A DNA stretch of 64,000 bases from contig NC_042998.1 of the NCBI RefSeq assembly GCF_006345805.1, positions 196,912,001 to 196,976,000 on the forward strand, given 5' to 3'. The translations under genes were made by a program, and so were the position numbers. Below, one piece after another: positions 50,431 to 62,906 of this stretch. This DNA is from Octopus sinensis. Taxonomy: Eukaryota. Numbering within the stretch: position 1 is the stretch's first letter; each line of letters opens with the position of its first letter. A model generated the notes under the pieces. It was not told where the DNA came from and did not search any database. It saw nothing but the letters and a program-made list of their open reading frames with translations.

Positions 50431-50637
50431 GTACTGCCTGACTGGCTCCTGTGCTGGTGGCACGTAAAAGCACCCACTACACTCTCGGAGTGGTTGGCAT
50501 TAGGAAGGGCATCAAGCTGTAGAAACTCTGCCAGATCAAGATTGGAGCCTGGTGCAGCCATCTGGTTCGCCAGCCCTCAGTCAAAATCGTCCAACCCATG
50601 CTAGCATAGAAAGCGGACGTTAAACAATGATGATGAT
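50431..50637 (+). mobile_element. SINE-B
   Basis: Family core + tail. Confidence 0.85.
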
Positions 50638-51173
50638 ATAGGGCAGTTCTCCACAACTGGTACACCATAGTGTAACCTGAACATTATTTTTTCCCCTATA
50701 CTTTTTGTTATAGTTTTAGTTCAGGTGTTCTGCCGAATTTTGAAAAGAATATAAGTGTACTGCAAGTGAAAAAAGGTTACAGAGCACTGGTACAGGGCTA
50801 CATTTGAACAGAAATACCTTGCAGTGTTCACCAATTTAGTTACCTCGTACCTTTGCATTTCATACCTTATGAGAACCATGAAATAGGTGCCAATTGTAAC
50901 ATTGGAGACTTAATCCACAATAATCCTCGACGGCCAAAGCCCAATGAAAGACTGCCATTAATGTTTAACTTTCTCATATACCACAGCTGTTCTTTATATA
51001 AATATATAGATTTATGTATGTAGCAAATTGTTTGCATTAATCTGGTATTTATCCTATAAAAAACACCTGTGGATCATTTGGTATTTTCTAAAATATTGAG
51101 AAGAGTAAAATAGCAATGAACTGGCAGGTACGCAACTGAGCCATTCTCATATAATTTTGGGGGTTCAAACAAT

Positions 51174-51441
51174 GGTACTACTAGCATACAGTGGTTCTGG
51201 TGCGGGCACTCACGTACTCGCGCTAGCTAGTCGTGACTAGACGATCCTACGACTACCTAGCAAAGTAAATAAAACACAAAATAAATAATTTTTTTACACA
51301 AAGTAAATAATTTTTGCTAAACTAAGTAAATAAAACACAAAGTAAATAACACAAAAATACAAAATAAGGATCGACTAGTCACGACTAGCTAGCACGGATG
51401 CGCGAGTACGCGCACCGGGACCACTGTTCTCAAGTAGTACC
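51174..51441. mobile_element. MITE with CpG-rich, about 70-bp imperfect TIRs and A-rich core
   Basis: ggtactact..acagtggttctggtgcg...gctagctagtcgtgactagacgatcct, with its reverse complement at the right end. Confidence 0.75.
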
Positions 51442-51714
51442 TCAACCAACTACTGTTCAGACAAAATATTTCCAACTTTGCTTGCGATTCTCCAAAGTAA
51501 ATTGACACAATAAACCTTGAAGTAAATATTGTGGCAATTGAAATCCTCTTCTCCCCAAATAAGATGTAACAGCAAATATAACAAAAAGTTCAAATGCCAT
51601 GCTGGGCTGTCAATGTCCTTCAGTGAGCACCAAGGTGTCAAAACAAAAATGCACTGATCGAAACCATTTGCCCCTGCCCTAACATTGGATACCAGAACCC
51701 TTAGATTCATTTAC

Positions 51715-52135
51715 GTATGAGGGTGATTCAAAAAATAATGCCATTTTGTTTAGGATAAGTATAATTACCAACACAGGAACATGTATCCTACATCAAAATG
51801 AAGCTGGTCATCTGTGGATCACATCCCTACTTTTCAACATAGTCACCATTTCTCTCAATAGCAATGTTCCACTTTTGAATGAGAGCATGTATCCCTGCCC
51901 CGTAAAATTCTGTTGGCTGTTCTTTGAGCCACTTCACTAGTTTTCTTTTCCACGTCACTGGAATAATGTTTGCCTCACAAACCTTCTTTCATGGCGCCGA
52001 AGAGATGATAGTCTGAAGGCGCTAAATTTGTTGAGCGTGGAGGCAATGAAGAAGTGGCTCAAAGAACAGTCAACAGAATTTTATGGGGCAGGGATACATG
52101 TTCTCATTCGAAGGTGGAACATTGCTATTGAGATG
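51715..52135. mobile_element. mariner 3'-end remnants in both orientations (83-bp inverted arms)
   Basis: 51854-51936 is the reverse complement of 52051-52132; encodes KWLKEQ.TEFYGAGIH.LI..WNIAIE. Confidence 0.7.
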
Positions 52136-52179
52136 TGTTGAGGTTAACCTCAACACATCACAAGGCCAATCAGTAGATG

Positions 52180-52665
52180 AGTGGAACATGCAGAGTAGTC
52201 TGTGACTACAGAGGACATACAATGTCAGTATGCACACACAACAGAATGTAAGCATCTTAAGAGAAAAAAATGGATATGAGGCATCAGATGTGGTGTGTGA
52301 GAGACAGCTGATCTTTAACTGTGGAGGGAACCTGTGGAAGAGGTAGACCCAGGAAGAAATGGTGAAGTGTAATCTTCGGATGCCAAGTCTCACCGAGGCA
52401 ATGACAAATGACTGAGTCCTTTGGCGATTTGTTGAGCCTTAGAAGACTCATCAAGCTGAGTGAAATTGTAGTCGTGGTCAGTGCTGGTGACATGTAAAAA
52501 GCATCCAGTACACTCTGTAAAGTGGTTGGTGTTAGGAAGGGCATCCAGCCATAGAAACCAAGCCGAAACAGATAACTGGAGCCTGGTGCAGCTTTCTGGT
52601 TTTCCAGTTCTGGTCAAACCATCTTACTCATCCCAGAATGGAAAACAGATGCTAATGATGATTAT
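52180..52665 (+). mobile_element. RTE LINE 3' end running into the SINE-B tail
   Basis: Decayed GIRCGV..R and VEGTCGRGRPRKKW, followed by ggttggtgttaggaagggcatccagc and an ATG/GAT tail. Confidence 0.7.
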
Positions 52666-53071
52666 TATGTACTTGGACTCAATCCATCATCCTTTTTAGC
52701 ATAATCACCTGAATCAGATCTCAGGATGACTTCCCTTCAACAGATTCAGGGACTCTGAAAAGGGGTTACCTGTGTTGCCCTTCATCTTCTCACTTAGCAT
52801 AAAAAAAAAAAAACTCCTTTTGTTAATGTCTTTCTGTTGAAATATGCTGTTTTTTTCCCCTATTAATTTGGAAAATAATGAATTTATTGAAATAACTTTT
52901 TCCCTATTAACCTGAAGTTTGAAGCAAATTGATAAGAAATTTTGATGAAAGATTTTTAATTTAAATCACTTGAAATCAGTAAGTTTGCAGCATAGAACCA
53001 AAGTTGGTGTCAGGCAAGTTGCTATCAAAAGCATTGATGAAAGGGTTTTGCTGAAAGGCACAATCTTATAT

Positions 53072-53470
53072 TCTCTCTTTTACTTGTTTCAGTCATTTGA
53101 CTGCGGCCATGCTGGAGCACCGCCTTTATTCGAGCTACTCGACCCCGGGACTTATTCTTTTGTAAGCCCAGTACTTATTCTATCAGTCGCTTTTGCCGAA
53201 CTGCTCAGTAACGGGGACATAAACACACCAGCATCAGTTGTCAAGCAATGCTAGGGGTACAAACAAACACACACACGCATATATATATATATATATATAC
53301 ATATATACGACGGGCTTCTTTCAGTTTCCGTCTACCAAATCCACTCACCAGGCTTTGGTCGACCCAAGGCTATAGTAGAAGACACTTGCCCAAGGTTCCA
53401 CGCAGTGGGACTGAACCCGGAACCATGTGGTTGGTAAACAAGCTACTTACCACACAGCCACTCCTGCGCC
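53072..53470 (-). mobile_element. SINE-A full length
   Basis: Family match. Confidence 0.85.
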
Positions 53471-54412
53471 TATTTTATGTGTATGAATTCATAACCAAAG
53501 TGTTGGCATACAGTATAAAACCTAATGAACATCTGACGACTAATGTCATACTCGAAGTGTTCTGGCCACTCTGAAATGTAAATGACCAGGCCAGAGGAGG
53601 TTTCAAGTCCAGTAAGGAAACCTCTTTAGTGTTAATGTTGTCACAACATTTTTCCTTCCTTTTTTTTTTTTTTTTTTAAAGCTAAGGGTAGGCCTAACAT
53701 TGCATGGTTTAACACCATCTCCTGGCCCTTTGGTTTCCTTGTGGGCAGTTGCAAGTATTAAAATCAAGCCCCTACACATTCCTTAGTTTATGCCACCAGT
53801 TTTCAAAAGAGTTTTTCTTCCTCATTCCTTTTAGTTCTGCTATCTCTGCCTATCAAAAAACCTTCATCAATTACTAGTTACTATTTACTTTAATTGCCAG
53901 CATATAAGATGCATCCCTATCTTACAAGTATATTTTGAGGAAAAACCAATTTTATAATGTACCCCATACTAACTGAAAGACATTTAAATTAAAGCGGTTT
54001 TGCAAAGGAAAGTGTATGATTCTATGCATGTAAATACAATGTGACAGTATATTGGAATTAAGTACAAAACCATAGATTTATCATTTATAAACTTCATTAT
54101 ACGTGCACTGTTATTTCAGTTTATCTTCAGATTAACCGCATAGTTATTAATATTTTGGTCAATAGAAGTGCCATAGAGGATATATAATTCATATTTTTGG
54201 CAGCAATAATGCTTTGTGTTACTGCAAGCAACACCAGGCATCGTTGCTATGGTTTTGTCATCCACTCATTGCAAACAGCTGACAGGTACACAGAGTTTAA
54301 CATTACTTTCGTTTTGGAAGAATCTTCATTTAGACCAGTGCTTCTCAATTGGTCTTATAATTTATGTGCAATAAATTAGTATTATAATGCACAAAATACT
54401 TTAATTTTTTTG

Positions 54413-54640
54413 ACACGTAAAAGCACCAACCGATTGTGGCCGTTTGCCAGCCTCCCCTGGCACGTAAAAAGCACCCACTACACTCACGGAGTGGTTGGCG
54501 TTAGGAAGGGCATCCAGCTGTAGAAACACTGCCAGATAAGACTGGAGCCTGGTGCAGCCTTCATGGCTTACCAGACCCCAGTTGAACCGTCCAACCCATG
54601 CTAGCATGGAAAACGGACGTTAAACAATGATGATGATGAT
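54413..54640 (+). mobile_element. SINE-B
   Basis: Family core + tail. Confidence 0.85.
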
Positions 54641-57600
54641 TGTGCTCAGTAGACTTATGGATATCCAGCCCCTAGCCTACAACACTTAGTGTCTCATCCA
54701 GAATACAGCTGCAAAGCAATTTTTTGAGACATTTACAAATAAAAAATAATGTCTTATACACTGGCAAATACAGTAACTATCATTCCCTCTGCATTGATGC
54801 CTCTCAAATCCTCTTTCTCTGAAACCATTATCCTTAGAGACTGTAACGTATATAACCCTTCCTGATATTGCTTGTACAGAGACGTCCAATATCCATGCTA
54901 CCATCAAAGTACAAAGAGTTCACTGATTACTAATTACAATTTCATAATGACGCACATGCAATATAACTAGTAGAAAACTATAAAATTTCATATCAACAAT
55001 ATCATAATTATTGAACATCATTATCATTAGCAATTCAATTTTTAAACATGAACAAAAAAATTTAAACAGAAATACAAAAGAAATACCAAGAATACTTTGT
55101 AAATGAATGAGATTTTTTCTTTTTTTTTTTTTACAAATGTTTATTTTACAATATATATAAATATTGCTGCATAGTGAAGATGGTAGTTAGCTCTGGTATA
55201 GTGCGAGGGCAAGTTATGATGAATTTAGGGAACCTAGAAGCTGCCCACTGGTTGAGATCACTATTGCTTCAGAACATTTATACATATGAACATAGATGTA
55301 GTTGGTTAGTTGTGAAATCAGAATTAACTTGTCTACAATTAGAAACAATAAAAAAATTTATTCTCTACAAATACTATCTTTTGATTATTATCATTATTAT
55401 TACTATTGCTTTAACTAAGCTGTATGGTTGGAAAGTTGTTGACAAAACAGTTGTACAACACATTGGGAGTTAATACTATTTTAATTAAGACAAGAAGCTT
55501 TTGCAACATAGAACCTATTGAATTGTGAAACAGAAAAATGACATCCTTCAGAAGTAGATAAAAATATTCTTTGTCTAATTTTTCCTATCCAAAAACTCTC
55601 TCCCAACCTACATTTCCTCTTTATCCACAAACCGGCAACAGTTTAACACGAACCCCACTCAGTTATTTTTCTCAAGGCTAGTCAAACAGGTTCAAGAAAG
55701 ATATTGGATATTGCCCTTCCTTAAATCTAGCAATGAGTGACTGGCTGCAGGTAACTCGGATGCCCTGTCTATCAGAGTAAAAAATATGGGTGCACATATC
55801 AAGTCAACAGCATGCATGAAGCTGCCTTAATGGATCTTCTCTACATGGTATAACCTCAGCTCAAAATTTAATAAAACCATCTTGTGATCAGACTACTTTA
55901 TCTAAGCCACAGGGAATTAAAATATTGGCCTTTTTCCTCTCTGGATCATTAATCACTTCTGTTGATCAAGTATCAGATTTTTGGTGCCACAACCTTCCTA
56001 CAGACATATGGCAAATAAAGTACAAGATACAAGGAGAAGTGCTTAATAAACAAAATATAAAGAATTTGTTGAAACTTCAAAGAAATACAGAATTCGGTTA
56101 GTTTCACATATTTTATGATCACAGAATTAATTACCTTGGGTCACACAACTGACGATCACGCATGAACTAAACCTTCACTTCAGATCAACAACGTGCTTGC
56201 ATTTTATGGTAAACCTTTAATCAAAATGATCACAGCTTAGCACAGCAGAGGTTTACCAATGTAGAAATGACCCTTGGTCTACCATATAGAAATGACCCTA
56301 AAATGCTGCTTAAGGTCCACATTTTGCCACAAAAAATGTGTACCATGTGAGAATAATCAACTTGTATATATCTATGTGGGAATTACTTCAATAATATACA
56401 GACCAAAGACATGAAATGGTTACACACGTCTGGTAATATCTAAAGTTTGTGAAGAAAATTTTCATTAACAACAAAAATAATTCTTGAAATGTTGTGTGTG
56501 TGTGAGTGTAAATTTGAGTAACTCAAGATTGTGTCAGTACGAGTTGACAGTAAAAGAACTCTAGATTACTGCAGTCAAGAACCACTTGTATAACACCATC
56601 GTTGTATTTGTATACAGTGAAGCAGTTGGGAATTCTATAACCCACAACGCTATCTCGTTCATAAAGCGCCAATGTGAAGTCACTGGCATTATTATTATTA
56701 TTATACACACGCCTCAGACTTGGGTTACAACTGTTACTACCTTGTTTAACACATTATATGCTACTTCCCACGTTTTATTTCAAAATCCACCACCAGCATT
56801 GTCATCTGAGAGAAAAAAAAACTTTGGATGTTATCATTTCATTATCATTCTAACAAAAAAACAAAAAAAAAAACCAATAATTAATAAAAAGAAAAAGTCA
56901 GTAGTAAAAATAGCATTGAATAAACAAAACGTTTCCCTGAGTGTCTATCCTTATGTGCCGACCACTACAAACCCAAACACTGACGAACCGGGTACGGAGG
57001 GTGGTGGGGTGGAAAGGGGGGGGGAATTGAGACAACGTGACAAGGTGTTTTTGTAACTGTAAATAGATGAGCTAATTGGTATACACTGGTGACGGGGGGT
57101 GGGGCACTTTGCGTCGAGCTTTGATTGACATCATCCCCCCTTATTCCAGGCCAGCCGTCGGGACTCGAGACTAAAACCCTAATATAAACACAGAACTAAA
57201 ATACACTTTATGGTTTTCATGAAATTGATTTATGGATAATAATTTTTCTTTTTCTTTTGATAAAAATATGAACAATTGTAATAATCTTCAAGCAAACATA
57301 TATATATAAGTAGACGTGTGAAAGTATTTTGTGTATATATATATGACACACACACACAAACGTGTTAGTAGTATGTTCGCAAGCAGAGTAACACCCATTG
57401 TATTGAAAGAGTGGATAAAAATAGAAAAAAAGCGAGAGAAAAGTCAAAAGAAGGCCGTTTTTCACACAAATATTAAATATTTGAATAAAACGTTAACATT
57501 TGCCCCAAATTATTGGGGATGTGCCATTTGCCTTCAAAGACTTGTTTGGGGGTTAAGTGAACAGAGTTATTGAAGGCTATTCAAACTATATTCAATAAAC

Positions 57601-57923
57601 ACAATGAGTTTCTCAACCAACGACAGAACGGTTCGAAACGAAGCCAAGCAACCTGACAAGGTAGTAATTGACGTAAAGCACCAGGCCCCCCCATTAGGAT
57701 TTACGACCCAAGTGGTTTTCAAAATATAACCTCCACCCATTGCATCAGTTGCGCTCGTACGCTTCACTTCAGAATTAGAATTGGAGAGAGAGAGAGAGAG
57801 AGAGAGGAAGTGCGTGGAAAAAACGCTGGAAGGACATTTCTCTTCCTTTAAAAAAAATAATAAATCGGCGATCTTTCGTCTCCAGTAGACCTTTCCGTCG
57901 ATTTCCGTAAAAAATTTTTTTTA

Positions 57924-58240
57924 TTTTACATATGGGCTTGCGGGAACTTTTGAAGTAATGAGAGCGAAAGAGACTAAGAGAAAGCGATTGTATGACGAGG
58001 GAAGTTCTTTTGAAGTTACCGTGCATGTGAAGCATTGATGTACATGTGTGTGTGTGTTTGATGGGGTGTGGGAGACAGACAGTATGTTGTGTAAGTGAAG
58101 TGCTTCTGTTAGTGTCTGTGAAGAGACAGAGAGAGTAATGTGTGAAAGAAAGAGATAACTGAAATTTTTTACTCGGTGTATGTGTACCGTGTATATGTAT
58201 GTATATTACTTCAAAGGTTCCCGCAAGCCCATATGTAAAA
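57924..58240. mobile_element. MITE-like element with 36-bp TIRs downstream of the TMEM165 stop
   Basis: ttttacatatgggcttgcgggaacttttgaagtaat / attacttcaaaggttcccgcaagcccatatgtaaaa. Confidence 0.75.
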
Positions 58241-58881
58241 AAACACACTTCCAAAAGTAAAATATATTTATCTACGCAAATGCGCAGACTTTTTTCTTCC
58301 TGCTTGTAGATTCAAACACGTACTTTAATATATATATATTATTCTCGACCACCCATCTCGCTGCAAGCAAGGTTATCCAGTTATAAAATCTCAACTTATT
58401 GTATACAAACAATATACATTTGGTGTGTGTAACAAACGTGTGTGAATGGAAAATTTTCGGTATTAATTATGAGTATATATTGGTGTACTGTTGTTTGTGA
58501 ATAGTATATAATTAATGTGTGTGTATACACTGTAATTCTCTTGTTATTGTGGTCCCACATTCTTCACATTATTCTGATGATAAAAAAAAAATCTCGAAAT
58601 GGTACTGAGAGGTAATGGGTTAGGGTATATATAGTTACACCTGTTTCTTGTTAGTTTCTCTTATGCCTATAATTTTATAGATCTTTGATATGGAATATAC
58701 TGGACATAAGTCTAATTATGAAGAAACATTTTTATAAATGATTTTGCTAAAAAAGAACAAAAAGAACTAATAATAATAAAGGTCAGTGAAATGTAATAGA
58801 TGGTGTGAACCACACACGCACATACATACATACAAATATATACATAAATATACAGTGATATATATCAATAACTATATGTTA

Positions 58882-59796
58882 TCACTCAGGACCTATAACC
58901 AAAGCAGAAAGGGCAAACATGATAAATACGACCCCTCCAACCAATGTGACAGTTCTTGTAGAAATCTTCTGTGCTATTATCCGGCCACCGATCACAGCTA
59001 GTCCGGTACAAAGAGAGTGTCCCAAGACACCACCAATTATAACACCATAAATATCCTCACGAGCCGCCAGAATAATCGTCGTCACCTGGGATCGATCCCC
59101 CCACTCGGCCAGAAAAGTCAGAGTCAAGGCCTGCAGGAATATCGTAGATATTAACCCGGTCAGCCACCGCCGACCGGGGGTTCGAATGATGCCAGTCTCT
59201 ACGTCCTGAGAGTAGCTGGCCTTCTGCATTTCGTCCTCTCTCTTCTTCAGGTCGGCTTGCACTTCTTCGTACTCCTCCTGGCCATCGTCCGCGGACATTT
59301 CGTAACCGTCCTTCAGCATCTTCAGACCGAATATAGCGAAGAGCAACGAAGAGATGTAGAAGGTGTATTTCCGAGGGATAATTGTTGTAGCAAAACCGAG
59401 AATGGCAGATAAAACAGTCATAAGTGCCAGGGCTGCCATCGCTCCCAAAAACACTGTTACCCGGGAATGTCTCATGGCCATTATAGCCGCAATGAAGAAG
59501 GTTTTGTCTCCCAATTCGGACACTATGATGACCGACAGGGAAGCAATAAAGGCATGGATGAAGCCCAAATTAGTTGATCCTATCGCTTCGGCCTCTTTCT
59601 GTGTTCCGAGGGGCCCCGTTTTGTCGACGGTGTGTGACACCCCCAGTTTGTGCTTGTTGGAGCCCGGTGGTCCCGCATCGTCCTTGATTCCTGGTTCCAG
59701 CGGAACCGACTCCGCGTTAGAAGATGTGGCAACGAGCAGCAGAGAGAGACCGAACGAAGATACCAGGCACCATCTCAGCATCCACGAAACTGTCAT
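58882..59796 (-). CDS. TMEM165: TMEM165/GDT1 family (UPF0016) Golgi Ca2+/Mn2+:H+ antiporter, 304 aa, single coding exon
   Basis: Two E-x-G-D-[KR]-[TS] motifs (ELGDKT, EWGDRS), signal-peptide-like N-terminus, acidic central loop, multiple TM segments. First ATG at 59796 (the ORF track starts at an upstream TTG); TGA at 58882-58884. Confidence 0.97.
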   Translation of the reverse strand: MTVSWMLRWCLVSSFGLSLLLVATSSNAESVPLEPGIKDDAGPPGSNKHKLGVSHTVDKTGPLGTQKEAEAIGSTNLGFIHAFIASLSVIIVSELGDKTFFIAAIMAMRHSRVTVFLGAMAALALMTVLSAILGFATTIIPRKYTFYISSLLFAIFGLKMLKDGYEMSADDGQEEYEEVQADLKKREDEMQKASYSQDVETGIIRTPGRRWLTGLISTIFLQALTLTFLAEWGDRSQVTTIILAAREDIYGVIIGGVLGHSLCTGLAVIGGRIIAQKISTRTVTLVGGVVFIMFALSALVIGPE

Positions 59797-59868
59797 AGCA
59801 CGTCCTTTCGCCAGCGTTATTTCCTGTGTAGACAGACGACTTGAATCTGCCAAGTAGAACCGTCTGTT

Positions 59869-59956
59869 CTGAGAAAATAAAAATGAAGAGAAAAGTGAAT
59901 TGAGAAGCGACAGAGATCAAAACTACGTCCGTCTCGAATTATGTCGACAGACTTAC
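59869..59956 (-). other. Probable 88-bp 5'UTR intron of TMEM165
   Basis: CCG|GTAAGT donor at 59956; pyrimidine tract and TTCTCAG acceptor at 59869 (alternative AG at 59864). Confidence 0.7.
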
Positions 59957-60060
59957 CGGAAGTTGACTTCACCCAATACAAAGCCAGCACTTTTATTCTA
60001 CGTATCGAAATAAAAAAATTTCGTTTGAGTGACACCCTTACTTTCTAAAACTTAGTATAT
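59957..60060 (-). promoter_or_regulatory. Probable non-coding first exon/promoter region with ETS-type CCGGAAGT motif (59956-59963)
   Basis: No ATG on minus strand; CpGs retained relative to the introns; ETS core overlaps the donor. TSS not determinable. Confidence 0.5.
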
Positions 60061-60799
60061 AGTGAAAATGATAAAATAATGAAGAGATAATCGTAATAAT
60101 AATAATAATATAAAATAATATTAATGTACCTTAAAGATAATCAAATATTTATACTACGTACTAAATACTAGGCCATAAAAGCAACTACAGATATTTACGG
60201 GATTCATTTCTAGCTCTGTGTATAACCAGCAATTAAAATAACGACGATAATTAGGAAGAATGGTAATTAATAATTAGTTAAATTAATTTTAGAACACCCT
60301 GAACCGATGTAGAGCAGTCGTGAATAAAAGATAGCAGGTTTGTTTGCGGATAAAGTAATATACACAGTGCGAAAGAAGCAAGGTGAACAAATGTCAGAGA
60401 CAGGGAGGTGTGTATGACGTGTCTATATTCATGTGCGTATACATGTTCAGCGCCGCCCGCCCTGTACAGGATCGTGCGAACCTATTACCAAATATTTTCC
60501 AGACAAGACTAGTTTAGTGTGGTCCATACAGCATTATCCGATATGTCCTTTTTCAAGAGGGCAGGGCGTGAGCTGAAGAAAAATTTGGCTGTTATTTCTA
60601 GCAGGACCAGTGACCCCGTGCAGGGTTTTTTTTTTTTTTGCATGTGTAACGTGTAAGTTATACATTACGGAAGGTTGCTGTAGTCGTCCCCGGGTCAATC
60701 TTATTCAACAGACATGATCAAAGATATTCCAGTCATGACCATCTCGTCTTTTATTTATTTATTTATTTATTTGTTTTTGTCAAGGGCCAATTTGATAAA

Positions 60800-61162
60800 T
60801 TATCTTTTTACCTTTTACTTAGTTCAGTCATTGGACTACAGCCATGGTGGGGCTCCATTTTAAAGAATTTTTAGTCCATAGAAAACATTTAAAAATCCTG
60901 GTACTTTTATGCTATCGACCTCTTCGGCTGAACCGCTAAGTTACGGGGGTGGAAACACCAATACCAGGTGTAAAGCGGTGGTGGTGTATAAAAGCACACA
61001 CACACATACACACGACAGGCTTCTTTCAGTTTCCGTCAACCACATCCATTCACGAAGCTCAAGTCGGCCCGGGGCTACAACAAGAAGTGCCACGCAGTGG
61101 GACTGAACTCAAAGCCATGTGCTTGGGAAGAAAGCTTCTTACCACACAGCGACGCCTGCGCC
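60800..61162 (-). mobile_element. SINE-A-related, old and diverged
   Basis: Recognisable head and tail blocks. Confidence 0.65.
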
Positions 61163-61466
61163 TCTGTTTTATTGCCATGGAAGATCCTCATTAATAATAA
61201 GGCCTCGGATTTGGAAAGACCATGTTGTATGCTGTTCGTGTTAGGGGAGGAGATACAATGAAGTTTGTTGATGTGAGCAGAGCTTGTTTGTTTTTGTTTT
61301 ACCTCTGGCATGACCTTTCACGGTCTCTTGTTCATGGACATGTTGCCGTGATGTAACACGTACTTGTTGCTGTTAATCGATACAAGTAAATGTTACCGTG
61401 ATGTGACCATGTATATGTGTTGTAACACATGTAAGGGTTGTCTAGATGTACAGGTTGTAATACAAG

Positions 61467-61830
61467 CATCATCATCATCGTCATCGTTTAACATCCGTTC
61501 TCCATGCTAGCATGGGTTGGACGGTTCGACTGGGTTCTGGGAAGCCAGGAGGCTCCACCAGGCTCCAGTCTGATCTGGCAGTGTTTCTACAGCTGGATGC
61601 CCTTCCTAACGCCAACCACTCCGAGAGTGTAGTGGGTGCTTTTTACATGCCACTGGCACAGGGGTCAGGCGAGGTTGGCAACAGCCACGATTGGTTGGTG
61701 CCTTTTACATGCCACTGGCATGGAACCAGTCGAGGCGACACTGGCAACGGCCACGTTCAGATGGTGCTCTTTACGTGCCACCAGCACTGGTATCACAACT
61801 ACAATTTCCATTGATTAATTGATCGATTTC
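61467..61830 (-). mobile_element. SINE-B
   Basis: Family core + tail. Confidence 0.85.
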
Positions 61831-62389
61831 ACTTGCCTCAACAGGTCTTCGCAAGCAGAGTTTTGTGTTCAAAGAAGGAAAGGTATGGATAAGTGAACTG
61901 GCTACATCCCAGGTAAAGGCCATGGGTTATGGTCACACAAATTGTGATGTAATACATGTACAGGTGGTTGTGCTTTAAAACTCACATGGTTCTATGATCT
62001 GATGCACGTACATGTTGCTGTGATGCATCAGCTGCATAGCTGCAAGAGAACTTAAGGTTGAACATTGGAGAGCTATTCTGCTGCTTGACCTGCAAGAGTA
62101 GTAGTCAAATCTATCTATAACTTTCACCCTCTTATATAAAGCAAGGAAATATTACATACTTGTATTCCTACAAACTCCTAAAAGAAGACTGGATCATCAG
62201 GCTTGAAATGAAGTCTGCTTGGTCAGAGTTGAGCTGAGGTTAAAACAACAACTTCAGGTTGATCACTTAAACTACTGATACGGAATAAAAGGGATTCTTT
62301 AGATCTACTGACAAGTCCTTAGATGACATTTCTGAGTTAAGTTACTGATTGAATCCGCGTCCTTTATTTAATAATATAAATAATAATCA

Positions 62390-62652
62390 TAATCATTGTT
62401 TAACGTCCACTTTCCATGCTAGCATGGGTTGGACAAATGACTGAGGACTGGCGAACCAGATGGCTGTACCAGGCTCCAATCTTGATCTGGCAGAGTTTCT
62501 ACAGCTGGATGCCCTTCCTAATGCCAACCACTCAGAGAGTGTAGTGGGTGCTTTTTACGTGCCACCGGCATGGAGGCCAGTCAAGTGGTACTGGCAATGA
62601 CCTCGCTCGAATCTTTTACACATGCCACCGGCACGGGTCCCAGTAAGGCGAC
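62390..62652 (-). mobile_element. SINE-B
   Basis: Family core + tail. Confidence 0.85.
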
Positions 62653-62674
62653 GCATATATACACACATACATAG

Positions 62675-62906
62675 ATTGGCATATTTTGGTCATATTATGC
62701 GGAGAAAATCCCAGGAGAAGGACATCATGCTCAGAATGGTCAGTGGCAAGAGAGGAAGAGGCCGACCAAGAACCCGCTGGCTTGACACCATCAGGAGTGA
62801 CACGGGAATGGCCATAGCCAATCTGAAAGAAGCGACCCAGGATAGAAATGGCTGGAGAACACTGATCCATCGAGTAACCGAAAGTCGACTTCGACTGAGC
62901 GGATAG
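62675..62906 (+). mobile_element. RTE (BovB-like) LINE 3' ORF end
   Basis: LAYFGHIMRR...VSGKRGRGRPRTRWLDTIR...DRNGWRTLIHRVTESRLRL*, followed by a (GATA)n tail. Confidence 0.85.

Noticed and set aside
58571-58612. CTGATGA...GAAA hammerhead-like spacing
   Set aside because: No stem I or stem II pairing; poly-A between the core words.
59797-59853. N-terminal extension of TMEM165 in the ORF track
   Set aside because: Starts at TTG. The first ATG (59796) gives a normal signal-peptide-like N-terminus.
59363-59857. 164-aa plus-strand ORF
   Set aside because: Antisense shadow of the GC-richer TMEM165 CDS; no recognisable motif.
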